A DNA stretch of 46,509 nucleotides, counting the filler, from Sphacelaria rigidula (taxonomy: Eukaryota), in the NCBI GenBank assembly GCA_964200075.2. It is 2 parts of 2 records of this genome, joined end to end, with 100 filler letters (N's around TTAATTAATTAA, not from the genome) between each part and the next. Parts side by side here need not be neighbours in the genome. Positions count along the whole stretch, not along the records: positions 23,310 to 46,509 come from CAXNAA020000278.1; 1 more part is not named here. The stretch is one strand, 5' to 3'. The notes beneath the pieces are model-generated. The model saw only the letters and a program-made list of their open reading frames with translations. It was not told the DNA's origin and searched no databases. The translations under genes and the position numbers were made by a program. This document shows positions 35,501 through 46,509 of the stretch, one piece after another; positions within the stretch are counted from its first letter, which is position 1, and the number at the start of each line of letters is the position of its first letter.

Positions 35501-38500
35501 CAAAAGACTGACGGAACAGAAGGAGGAAGTAAGGAGGGAAGAATAATAGCATGAATAATCGGTCCCAATGAAAATATTAACACGATAACAAACAGCATGT
35601 GGAAATAGTAAACAAAGAACAAGATATGGCAAATCCCTGCATCATAGCTTAAGGTGAAAAGCGGTGCAACCCTCCCCCCAACCAGGAACAAACGAAAACC
35701 GAAGAGTATAGTATTGCGAGCCGAGCTCTATGTATCAAGTTTCCTCCAAGTATCAAAGTTTCGTTACACCATATAAATGTTCCAAAGTTCGCAGGCACCT
35801 GTGTCCTCATGTTCCTAGCAGGTTGCACATGCCCCTTCGCTCTACGCATCTAGCTACCCCTCTTCGCTCCACCGCCCCTCCCCACACATGAACTCTCATC
35901 AGCATGCGTGATACGTACCCAAATTGCTCATGGAATGACTCAAGCGGGTTCGTTTTTTCAGGGCGTTTTGCAATTCCGCATGAATGACACTCTCTGCCTT
36001 TGCGGTGTGAGTCCCGATCGCAGAGTGTGTGCATTCCATTTTCCCTGCTGTGGAATTTTCTTCACCCCCAAACGTCTTGTTGTAGCTTGTGCGCGAACAT
36101 TTTTGGAAGATGACATATTCAAACACGGGAATTTTGTTCGTACGAGGCGTTGAGGTTAGCACGTTAGGGACCGGGGCGCTGAGCTCACGCTTGGATGCAT
36201 CCGAGGAGTAGAAGATTGATAAATTGATCCTTTTACCCTGGTCACTAGTAAGAAGCACCGAATCATATCTTGTAGGTTGATTAACAAACCTTGGCGAAAG
36301 GTGATCGAGGGTAAGATTGGCATGAATTGGAGAAGAAAAAAGTTGACAAGTTATTTACTGAAGAATTAAGTACTTTTTTAATGCTGACGGGTACAAACTG
36401 TTCGTTTTCCCCCAAGCCATTGAAGCGTAAGGAACCATGTATTGCGGACAGTGACCGCGCAGACTAGTAAAATCAATTTATAAACAGGGGAGGAAAATAT
36501 TGATGATCGAAGTTTGTCATGTAGAAGTCGGACATTTCAGGGAAAAAAACGGAATCCGCGATTTTCTCGCCCAAAATTAAAGTCGATGTAGGAAGCGATT
36601 GCTCGATATGACCTCATGAGCAACAGGTACAGAATGCAAAACGATTATGACCACAGTGCGAAAGTTCAAGGTAACGGCCTTTTTAATTATATGTCGAGTC
36701 AAATGTGGTCCTACTTCTTCGTGGCCATCGTAGTAATATCCAGATGCAGTCGTCGGTTTGTTCGAAACATCGATCTTCCAGCAATAGGGCTGGGTACTTG
36801 AATCTCCCACCCCCGCCTGTATGAACTTGGAAGTCGCGAGTTGATCATCATGGCCGCCTGAGCGTACTGTCGCTTGGTACGTGAACGAATCATGGATCCT
36901 GCTACGCTCCGATTCCATACTGTGCTTCTCTCAAGGATGGGGAATCCATGTTTGTCCCCCCCCTGTGCGATCCATGTGTAGGGCATATGCACTTGTCCCG
37001 AGATTTCGCGTCTCGGGTATCTGTGCTGCATTTGCGTATTATGTACTATATCTAGATCTTCACCTTCTGCAGCTCTTGCTAAGCACTGTTTAAAGTTTGC
37101 TACGACTTCCAACTTTGACTACTGGGTGCGTTGAGTTTTGTTTCTCCTTGGAAAGTAGGACTTGGTTGCGGTCTGCAATTTTGGGCTGGCGATAGTTGTC
37201 CTTCGTTCGTTGTTGTGACAACCTTTTCATTATCAGCACGCTTCTTACGCCGCCACCCCTGCCTCTTCTCGCCGCGTCGAGACGTCGAGAAGTCGACGTT
37301 TGCTGGCTATAGGGCTAGTCTCTCGAGAAATGGAAATCAACCTCTACCCTCTCGGATCATGGCGTTCATTTTGTCCATCGAGCTTGGGATGAGCACGTCT
37401 CGAGACCGTCTCGACTTTCATCTAGCTATCTCATTTGGAACGTGCTTGTCCCGTCCTCCGCATTCACTCCGTCCTTGCCTATTGTGACCGTGTGTGTGCG
37501 CGCGACATCGTCCTAATTGATCGGTTCGTGAGTTTTCCCCATGTCTGACCATGGGCGTCTCTAAATCTCCCCTGTCCCCGCTCTGGGGGAGGAGTTTTAC
37601 GGCGGAAAATGCCACCTCTGGCGTTAGTGAGAAGTCCAAGCTCCTTTTTGTCGGATACGGTGCGGTGGTTAAGACACCGAAAAATATGTTGTTGCTCTGT
37701 TGTTATTTTCCAGCGAGATATTGCGGGAAAAGAGAGATCGGGGTTGTGACAAGCGCAGGGGCTTGTTTACAGCACGGGTCGCACTGTAAGACAGCGTGAT
37801 GCAGCCGAGAATTGACCACCTTTGAGGTGAAACTCAGCGTTGACTAGAGTCGGGCCCTAACTGCTCGAGGAGCAATGGCCATGCGAGCTGATTTTCACTG
37901 GCGTAAAGTAGGGACCCTGGTTGGAAAAGACAGCCTGAACGTGGGGATACCACGGTTATTTGAGGATATACAGATTGTGTTTTTATGATGAACCCTAGGT
38001 GATATACTCCGCACGTGGCATATGATACGAGGAGCGAAGTGAGTTCGTGAAGCTAGCTGTTGTAACAACGCGTCATGGGGGGTATACGTGATAGAGCGAA
38101 GATGCATCTTGACGTTCATGGTAGTCGTTTTCGTTTTCTTGTTTCCAATATTTTGAGAAAAACGTCGTCTGTTCTTAAGGTAGCCAGTAGAAGGAGAAGA
38201 ATATATGTAAAATCGTGTGACGTTATTTGGAGGAGCCTACGTCTGAAGGTTAGATTGATTCGATCGGGACTTTTGTCAGGCAACTGTTCAACATCACTAG
38301 AAAGTTCGAGAATCGGCAGGCCTTGGTGAAAAAAGTGGGTGGTTAACCGGATGCATTCCCGAAATTTGTGTCGTCGAGGACGTATGGAGTAACAACCGTT
38401 GTTAGGGGGTGTTGATAGCCGTACCTGGTCGAAGACACGGTATCGCGGTTGCATGGGTGACATGGACACTTTGCTACACCCTTGGAACACCCCTGAAGAT

Positions 38501-41500
38501 CAGACCCTGCGCAACCCTCTACAGGTTCAAAACCCCCTCTACCCACCCTCCACAAGGTGCCGTCTTCATTTTGTCCTGATACGGTTAACCCATAAACCGC
38601 GAGAAAAGACCATCTGTATCACGCATACGTTTTACAATTGAAATCGATGCCGATTCGACAGAGGAAAGTTTGCTACACCCTCGGAACATCCTCCGAAGGT
38701 AAGACCGTCTTGCGACCCTCCAGAGATTTGAAAACCCTGTGGCGACCTTGCCACATACCCTCTACAATGTGCCGCCTTCATGTATCCTGCGGCGAGAGCA
38801 AAATGTCCAACCGTGTGTTGTGCGATGGATAGCCACAAAATGAGAAACTGATATTGATTTTTTTCACCATCACGGGGGCGATGGGTTTGATCGACGGACC
38901 ATGCAAGAGCTCAAACCTGGCGACGTGTACTCGTAGGACCCCCAACGGCCGGTTAGCCTGCAAGTCGTTCTAAATTTATCGTGGAAATTAATTTTCCCTC
39001 TGGATTTTTGTCGAGTACTGATATCGCATGAATTAAGAATGTTGGGATCATGCTTTCACCGCAATGAATCTTGGTATCCGAAACACATGCAAAAATCGCC
39101 TCCACTCGAACATAATGCATTCCGTTGTTGACTACTCTTCGATTTCACGATTTTCCGGAATTCAGAGAAGCTGATTTGTGAAAAAATCATCTATCCTCTG
39201 TAGACAGTCGTGGGAATGTGCCCCTTTCGTGAGCTATGTCCACAAACCGGTGCTCTCTTTCCCCATTTCCGCTCTACCCTCCCCCTCCCATTTCCTTGCG
39301 GGTACCGGCGTATTCGCATGCACGTAGGATCCAGCTCAGCCGTCATCCGAACTTGGACATGGACATGACTCTGATGGGCAGGGTGATATGGACGGGAAGA
39401 TCGTCTATGGTCATCAACATGAGGTATTCTAGTACAAGGGTATAAGAGCTCAAAGCGGTACTAGCACTCCGTGCGGCGATGGAGTATTTTTTTTGTATCA
39501 CGCGACAGGCAGCGTTTTTTCCCACTAGAACGTTTTTTTTTAATGAAGTGCAGTGATTTATTCGGTATGAAATACAATTGTCAGGATGAGACATAGTGCT
39601 GGCTACGGTGTGTGTGTTGCTGTGTTGTCATCTTCTGGACACCAGTCCACACCTTTCGGGACATGTGGGCGCATCAGACGGGGTCACACAGGAGGAAGGC
39701 CAGCACTAGAGTTTTTTTTTTTTAGGTTCCCCACCTTCCTTTTGCGGTGCTTGCCTCCTTTTTCATCGCGAGAGAGGTTCAGCGGTTCCTTGTCCTCGTC
39801 GACCATGGAGTCGAATCTTGCGTACCCACAGCATACAGTGGTGGGCGGTCTAACTTTTCATTTTGTGGCATTTTGTGATTTTTTCGTAATTGGCGATTTT
39901 CTTGGGTTCTTTTCGCTTGCCACCGCTCATCACATCGGAGATCTGAAGATTTTTGTATCCACTCCTCATTCCGAGAAAAAAATCAATTTGTGCTCAATAT
40001 TGAGTGCCTCATGGGCTGACCGGTCATCGGGGGTCCTGCCACGTTTCAGCCCAGATTCTTACCCTTGGGTATTTCGGTCGACCGAGCCTGTGCCGATCAT
40101 ATTTGTGGAGAAATGTACACTTTTAGTTTTAGTTTTTTTAATTCTATCTACTCATTGCACTAGAGCCGAAAAATTGTGTTTCACGGTAAATGACACCCTC
40201 CTGATAAATGGGGTATTCACCAGTATCGCCCGATAACACCAACTAAGACTGACTTGTGAACTGTGTTTCGACGATGATTTGCTTCTTGTACCAAAAGCTA
40301 CCGACGCTAGCAACTTCGAGTTCTATCGAAGAGTAGTACGCGAAGAAAACTCCAAAACACCCCTGAATAGTCAGACCGCCCACTACTGTAGCCGCTCGCA
40401 ACTGGTGAGCATGGTGTGAGTAAGAATCTCAGATCGTTTGACTCCAGCGAGATTCGAAATCACGACCCGACCGCCGGAAGGTTTCGATGTTACCAAGTGA
40501 GCCACCGGGATGACCGGCACCACAATACCGGTTGCCAGTTATCCACGTCAAATTAACTGATGAACTACACACAAGAGGGGCGCCGGAAATCCAGTGTATG
40601 TTTTTTACGCCAGCAGGGTGATATGTCGTACGGGCTCCAAAATGCTTCGCCCCAGTGTGGTGTACACCGTGTTCTCCGGTATCCATCGGGTGAAATAACG
40701 ATGCGGAGTGTAACAGTTACAACAACGCGGCTTCTCAGGGCTTCTCCTCATCATTTTGTCGTTGTTTAACCAGCTTCCCCTTCCTCGGGATGAGGCGCTA
40801 GTTCCAAGGGTTTAGCCCATCTCTCCCTCGGCAATCGCCTTGTACTGTATATGATCGCGCATTCCCGCATCTCGTCTACGCTTAGAGAATAGTTTGCGCT
40901 ACAGCGTTGCCAGGTTGGTCAACGCACTCCCCAGCTAGGTAATCGTCATGCGTACATGATGCCGTGCAACAGTCGTGACAACGTGGTTCGCCAACATCGC
41001 GAACAACTGTGTGGCAGTGACCACTCTACTGTCGTCAATATCAACACGCTTGTGGTAACGGCGATCGACAAGACGTTGTGCCAGTATACAGCTGGATGCT
41101 TCAGCCCACGTTCAGAACGCTCGTGGCTGAATTGCGTCTGAATCGATGGTGTGATGCTGAAATGAAGAAAAAAAAAAGCATGACGGAAATTGTATACCAT
41201 ATATATTTATATATATTCGATTATACAGGAGGAGAAACAAGAAGAAAAGCTTTCTAGATATGAGAACACAGAACTTTCGTGCTTTCGTCCCCGTAATGTG
41301 AGCAGGTGCGCGTCAACTCCCCCAGGGGTTTGCTACATCAACGACGAGCCATTCGCAGGGGACGACAGCTGTTGGCTTGACGCCAATTTTACATTTGTGG
41401 CCAGAGACAGGCAAGCATGGAGGCGCGCTTCCTACCCCCACGTTACTTGCGTAGATGAGGAACGAAAGTATAGCGTCCCCGGGGGCGATGAGAGACCATA

Positions 41501-44315
41501 CCTCGAGTTTTTCGGCCAAACTGCGGCGACTACGCCGAAGTTGCATCGTTGGAAGCGCCCCGTCGAAATGTTTCGTTATACGAGATCTTCCGGTTTCTGG
41601 GGTGCTCATCACCTCGGGTGAAGTTATCCTCCGAGCCTTGCTTACCGCGGCGTTACTACGAAAACCGCGAGTCTATAGCACGAATCGAGTTCGCGGAGGT
41701 TTGCGTCCTGTACATTCCGGTGACCCGACGTCATTGCTACCCCCGATTTTCTTTTTCCTAAGGCTTCAGTTTGTGGAATACAGCAAGACCTTGTACTTGC
41801 AGAGACGTATGTATGTCGGCAGATCTCCAGTATTAATAGATTGTGCCGAGAATACAGCATGATTGTTGGTGCCATGAGTATGCTGGTTGTCAACAGAATC
41901 CGGCCGTAGGGTCTTGCTTGAAATCCGAGCGTACAAGCCGCATGTTCCACGCAGAACTTGTTAACTAGTTTGACGCAGATCTTGTCGGGTTGCGTGTCTC
42001 TGCATCGCGGCTATTCACTCTCATCAAGTATGTAAATAGGGGTACTCTCTACGAGTATGTCGCAACCCCTACCCTCCTGCTACCGCCGACTCATACTCAT
42101 ACATCCATCCCTTTTCATGGGAGACCCAATAACCAGGGTGAGAAGCTCGTGATATTTGCTGTAGCTTGTGGCCATAGTCACAAAGTTGAAGATTTCCCCA
42201 TGCATCATCATCTGGTGGATAGTCGCCTCTTTCCGGTTTGAAAGCTACGTCATGTTCCAAGTACGTGAACATTGTTACTGTCGGTCGTTCAAAATAATCG
42301 AAGAATGTTGGATCACTGAGCACACTACAATCACTACGTTGTATACCTTGAAAGGATCCCTCATTCTAACACATTTATTTACTTTTTCAAGTCATCCGGA
42401 AGTTGAGAATCTTCGTGATCTTTTGGAATACCCTAATTTTATTCGGGCAACTTTCTGGTTTTTTTTTGTGTCAGCTCCTTTCTTGGCATGGATATCATGC
42501 ACCCTATCACGCAAAGATACCCCCCCCTATCCCGTCCCGTCCCGCCTGGCGTCGTAACCTACCCACTTCTCCACCTTCCCTCTGCGCTGGCACACGGTAG
42601 AGAAACAGGTAAAAGCCGTGCGATCAGTCCCCTCGACCTGGCCGAAGAAGAAGATGAGTCTGAAGAGCAGCAGGAGGGGAGGGTTGGATGGACTTCAGTC
42701 AGGAAACGCGTACAAGCCCATAAGGACCGCCAAGCGCTCGAGCGGAAAGCCGGCCGACAGGCGAGAGAGATGTGGCCTCTAGGTTTTGTTCCATATTTCG
42801 CACGTTCCTGCAACGCTCACACGTACACCAACGCCAACCCCGCGGCGTTTTTTCAATGCCGGTTCTCTTTCTGTGATGACTGTTGGGTATATACGAAAAT
42901 TACGCGCTGTTTGATCTTTCCCCACATTTTGCTGTTTTTGTTGAGGGTGATGCTTCGTTCCGAGTGCATTGCTTCTTCTGGGTGTGCGCTGGTAGGCATC
43001 GTCGAAGCCAAGAGCAACAAACTGTACCAGGAGTACAGAAAAGGGTCATCGGGATATGTGGGTCACGGCCGGCAATAGCGAAAAAGGAGTGGGCTACATA
43101 GCGTTGCCGCTCGCCGGTCGAGGTTCAGACCAACGAAGCTCTTGAGCACTCGACTTTCACTCGGGCGACATAAGGACCGTCAAGCGGTCGAGCAAATCGC
43201 CCGTCGCAATTAAAGACGGGGGTTGGCTATTCCATTGTTGGGCGTATCATCATGAGTCTTGGTGTATTCATCACCTCCAATACCAACATTGAATCTATGC
43301 CTTCGCTTTTTTGTACGCGTTCCCGTTTACTGTTGTACATAGGGGGGCTAGCGTCAACGCGTTTGTATATTGCACACTGAGTAGAACCAAAAGTCATTAT
43401 ATAGCCGAATCCACTGCGTTTTTTCGTGAGTTCACTGAGATCGGGTGATTGACATGCCCCCCGGTCCCACCCCTCGCCCGTTGGATCTCCTAAGCTTCGC
43501 ACTTTCGTCGTCACAAACTCGTCGTCTCCACACACGTCAAGTTCCATGTTTCTTGAGGAGTTGGTTGGTATGTTTTCAATATTTGGCTGAAAAATCCTTG
43601 TACTTTGTTGTCATCATTTTGATGTTTTGACTGAAACATGTCCAGCTGCACACGCTGAGCTCTAAGGGCATGCTCGCGTGCTCTGTTTTGTGTTCTGCCT
43701 GCCTCTCGAAAGGTGACGCTTTCCCCCCATGGTTGTCTTTGAGATCTTTAGCACGCAAGGCGTTGGATTGTTCATGCTTCGGCGACGAACAAAAGTCATT
43801 TACGTCTTGAAGGCGATCCAAAATTTTACTCTGACAAAATAAGCATTACTTTCGCAAGCGCGTGATGTTGGAGTGTTTTCTACATATTCCGTGTCATTCG
43901 TCGGTGTATTCTGATATCCCTTTTTCGGACGTCGATTCAAATTGAATAGGCCGCAATGGATGAGAGGCGGTTCATTGACGCCAAGAACAAATAGGATTTG
44001 GTGGGCATCCATCGATTGATTATCCGCGTCCGCCCATACACAACGTTTTGGACACAAAGCTGATGCCATGGCAGGCAATTCGGGTTTATCTCGGTGCACT
44101 TGTCTTTTTTTCTTGTCCGCAGGGGGGCACTGTGTCAGAGGATCTGGTCGAGCTAGAGAATGCCAGATCTCGGCGTGACTCGGAAGCGGCGTCTTTGGTA
44201 GCGTCAGGCTTCCCGCTGCTGCATCTACCATGTCTCGCCGATCCTCACGCGGTGCTTGTCAAACAAACGGTGGGATTCACAGTGACATGTACGAACACGC
44301 ACGCACATGTGCCGA

Positions 44316-44349
<34 letters not shown>

Positions 44350-46094
44350 TCTTGTTCCGTTTGCTTTTTATCCGTACTACTCTGTGGGGTGCACCCGCCT
44401 AAGATGCCACGGTACAAATATTCCAACACCTCACCAGGTGTCGTTGTGCTGTATACGTGCATCTGTATGATGCTTTTGTCACAGATACACATGCCAAAAA
44501 ATGTCTGTCTCCTGCTTTTTGTAGGCAGTGTTTCATTTTCAAACTCTTCAATCGTGGTACGGGTACTGATATGCGTACGGAATGCGGGTGACAATGCGGG
44601 TATAGGTATGACCGAGTATTTCCGGGCTATTTTTTGTACCACGGAATCTCCATGTTCTCGGCAGCTTATGCCCCAGGCACACTGGTGAAATCTACATGTT
44701 ACACAGTCGATGCCCTCATGTACCTCCATCACCCTGGGATATTATGTACTGCAAATACACTGCAAACCCAGGGCACCATCAGGTACAGTACCCTCCCGTG
44801 ATCAACTCCGTGCGACCCATTGGGCACACCGACATGGATGCTTACGCTGCGAAAAAACAGGCACTGTCATCGACGTTGATCTGCATGCCTCAGCAACGCA
44901 ACACCGCCAACCGAATATTCGGAGGGTTCCTCATGCGCAGGGCGTACGAGGTGGCCTTCTGTGCGGCTTTCATGTTCGGAGGGTCCAGACCGCAGTTCAG
45001 CGAAATCGACGAGGTACACTACGAGTAGTGAAGGAATAAAGGTCGCCGCTGAAAGCGCGCGCCCCCCAAGGTATTCTCGATGCTTTACGAACCAACGCTC
45101 TGACAGAGATGAGTCCATGTGTCTCGGTTTTTCGACGCTTGATAAAGTTGCCAAGTGTCAACTCACCTTCGAGAAGTTTTGGTATCGGAAGAAGTAATGC
45201 TGCACGAAGCGAAAAAAATCGTGGGTGTGGTATACGATCGGCCCCATGGTTTTGGTGGGTATGTCCGATGGCGACGCCGTTGCCAGGCGACGTGTTCGTT
45301 GCCAAGCGGCGTGTAAAGGTGTGCGATGTTGAATGCTCAGAGCGCGTGCGAGATGCTGGCTGTTGACCCATCTTGAGACCACAGATTATCACAATCATGG
45401 TGAGGGGGTAAATGAGCAAGTACCGTTTTTTGTTTTCTTCAGTCAGCACGTCAACCCGATCTTATTTCGACCCGCGGTAAAAAAACTTTGACATTCCAAA
45501 ACACAGTCAAGGGGCTATGCGCGCTCGCCAGATACAGGGTAGCGATCCGCAGTCGCTGGTATGCGTGTACACCTGTATACTCCGTAGGTGGCAACACTTT
45601 CGTTCCTTTTGGTACACTTGAAACCCCTCCCCTTCCTCAGAACGAGTCCGGCCCTTCGAGGGACCAACCCATCTGTCCCCGGGTACACGTCTTTGATTCT
45701 CGTATCGCGGATTGGATCATGACGCACACTCCCGCACCGGGTACAAGGTCATGAAATAAACTCATTGGTTACTCATGTCCTTTCGTTTTAACGGCGGAAA
45801 CGATACCCTTTTTCGGAACAAAAATTTCAAGTGCATCTGCTGGGAATCGAATTCGCACTCTTTGGACCTACTGGCTTCAGTGTATCATTAGAACAATCGG
45901 AGCGCGGTAGTAGGTTGTCTCGGACAATGCTATGAAGAGCAGACGCTCCAATGCACAACTTGACAATCATTTGTTTGCTTCGCCGTTTTATTCTCTGGAC
46001 GAACGTGCTCGCGATGAAAGGTGGTATTCTTACAGCCCGTGGACGTGGGCGATCTGGTCCACCTCGACGCGTGCGTCCTCTACACCAAAGAAGC
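29500..46094 (+). CDS. ACOT9: Acyl-CoA thioesterase 9-like (double hot-dog fold), multi-exon, 3' end beyond the window: join(29500..29585,32826..32880,33256..33441,34476..34582,39328..39423,41306..41410,42601..42760,44123..44269,44861..45013,46021..46094)
   Basis: The spliced frame is continuous and carries ACOT9-family motifs: YRSPITRALWE, YPFSTDSFLREDYRNPSGLVR|IGRVLEDLDALAGNVAFKHC, LLVTASVDRI, GRVIWTGRSSMVI, ANFTFVARD, LICMPQQRNTANRIFGGFLMRRAYEVAF, EIDE|VVFLQPVDVGDLV. The start codon is uncertain. Confidence 0.9.
30343..30746. repeat. Foldback/MITE-like palindrome (may extend ~30210-30835)
   Basis: CCAAGAGGATTCTAGCGCACATTCCC versus GGGAATATGCGCTAGAATCCTCTTGG, with collinear flanking arms. 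Confidence 0.85.
30985..31084. mobile_element. piggyBac-type MITE copy
   Basis: Same core, ending GGACTACCCTCGCGGTCTATGGGTGAA. Confidence 0.7.
31760..32560 (-). mobile_element. Possible copia RNase H relic
   Basis: Frameshifted VLRY.LK, H.VRE and D.FT.GL-like strings on the minus strand. Confidence 0.3.
32826..32880 (+). CDS. ACOT9: ACOT9-like exon
   Basis: CACAG| ... CAG|GTAAAG; SPITRALWEIREAEKRYQ. Confidence 0.85.
33256..33441 (+). CDS. ACOT9: ACOT9-like exon
   Basis: ATCAG| ... CGG|GTAAGT; ends YPFSTDSFLREDYRNPSGLVR. Confidence 0.9.
34476..34582 (+). CDS. ACOT9: ACOT9-like exon (first hot-dog domain)
   Basis: IGRVLEDLDALAGNVAFKHCSEDPSFPLLVTASVD; AG|GTGAC donor. Confidence 0.92.
36580..38330 (-). 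mobile_element. Decayed Ty1/copia relic (post-integrase SH3-like region plus RT)
   Basis: Frameshifted IFGCL..HV.D.K..LD..ARGGIF (~37600-37690), then YAPVVKLEV-like, A..DLDIVH, VHM, L..AQYG and TDDCI strings (~36740-37140). Confidence 0.55.
38585..38665. mobile_element. Truncated piggyBac-type MITE copy
   Basis: TTAA|CCCATAAACCGCGAG...GCATAC...GAAATCGATGCCGATTC. Confidence 0.6.
39328..39423 (+). CDS. ACOT9: ACOT9-like exon
   Basis: IQLSRHPNLDMDMTLMGRVIWTGRSSMVINM; phase 2 at both ends. Confidence 0.9.
39606..40519 (-). mobile_element. tRNA-derived SINE split by the Tc1-like MITE
   Basis: Body 39606-39835 and head 40391-40519 are collinear with the other copies. Confidence 0.85.
39836..40388. 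mobile_element. Tc1-like MITE (CAGT termini, TA TSD) inserted in a SINE
   Basis: TA|CAGTGGTGGGCGGTCTAACTTTTCA ... TGAATAGTCAGACCGCCCACTACTG|TA; SINE sequence resumes across the duplicated TA. Confidence 0.9.
41306..41410 (+). CDS. ACOT9: ACOT9-like exon (GC donor)
   Basis: Ends CWLDANFTFVARD; donor AG|GCAAGC joins 42601 to give ARDRETGK. Confidence 0.8.
42601..42760 (+). CDS. ACOT9: ACOT9-like exon (probable GC donor)
   Basis: ETGKSRAISPLDLAEEEDESEE...RKAGRQ; donor CAG|GCGAGA is in phase with 44123. Confidence 0.7.
44123..44269 (+). CDS. ACOT9: ACOT9-like exon
   Basis: Strong pyrimidine tract; ends LLHLPCLADPHAVLVKQT. Confidence 0.85.
44861..45013 (+). CDS. ACOT9: ACOT9-like exon (second hot-dog domain)
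   Basis: LICMPQQRNTANRIFGGFLMRRAYEVAFCAAFMFGGSRPQFSEIDE. Confidence 0.95.
46021..46094 (+). CDS. ACOT9: ACOT9-like exon
   Basis: VVFLQPVDVGDLVHLDACVLYTKE; donor GC|GTGAGT. Confidence 0.9.
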
Positions 46095-46414
46095 GTGAGT
46101 TTGCAGTTCAAGGAGTGATGTGTCTTGAGACGAAGAGGCAGGTCGAAGCATTGAATTTTCCAAGGGGTGGTAACTGCACAACCACGTTATTAAACCCGAC
46201 AGGCGACGGAATGACTATCGGACAATTCGCGTGTTCTGGCTTTTGCCCATATCACCTGAGAAGCAAGAGGGGTGTTTCCATCATGGCATAACGCTTCATT
46301 TCGTTGAGTAGGAGAGCTAGTACAAAAAACTGCAAACAACAAATAAAGATGATGTCGATCATCGTTCAACTTGGAGGTCGAAGTATTCACTTTGAGTTAG
46401 TCCATATCATTCAC

Positions 46415-46509
46415 GTATGTATGTATGTATGTATGTATGCAAGGGGCCGTGGATACTGGAATACGGTTTACCCCCCCCCCCCCCCCCCCCCCCGCCCCCA
46501 CCCCCCGCC
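46415..46509. repeat. (GTAT)n microsatellite and poly-C tract
   Basis: Directly visible; (TA)n also at 28985-29007 and 44325-44349. Confidence 0.9.

Noticed and set aside
35380..36350. LINE 3' end relic
   Set aside because: A pyrimidine-rich tail and a CxxC hint only; insufficient support.
39586..40236. 216-aa ORF
   Set aside because: Runs through a SINE and a MITE; no protein motif.
42995..43078. Additional thioesterase exon
   Set aside because: Not needed for frame, no convincing donor and no recognisable motif.
43227..44050. Decayed hAT or other transposase on the minus strand
   Set aside because: Short ORFs with no diagnostic motif.
46471..46509. Telomere or functional G-quadruplex
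   Set aside because: Homopolymer C tract, not a telomeric repeat; similar tracts are scattered (2189, 17808, 33474).

Overview
Eukaryotic, intron-rich genomic DNA. The very long repeat-filled introns, short exons and A/C-rich splice acceptors suggest a brown alga or other stramenopile (inference). Almost all ORFs in the supplied track are spurious. Two + strand multi-exon genes can be rebuilt by hand with phase-consistent splicing. Gene 1 is a MIT-domain protein: 7 exons, 3922-22914, with its 3' end lost at an artificial contig spacer at 23210-23309. Gene 2 is an ACOT9-like double hot-dog acyl-CoA thioesterase: at least 10 exons, about 29500 to beyond 46094, apparently with two consecutive GC-AG introns. 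The rest is a dense, nested non-autonomous mobilome. It includes about 16 copies of a ~97-bp TTAA-flanked piggyBac-type MITE that stacks onto its own termini, a TA-flanked TIR family (CGAGCTGGGCCAGC ends) with swappable foldback interiors, six copies of a tRNA-headed SINE, a Tc1-like MITE, many foldback palindromes and three heavily decayed Ty1/copia relics. No intact transposase, CRISPR array or true tRNA/rRNA gene was seen.
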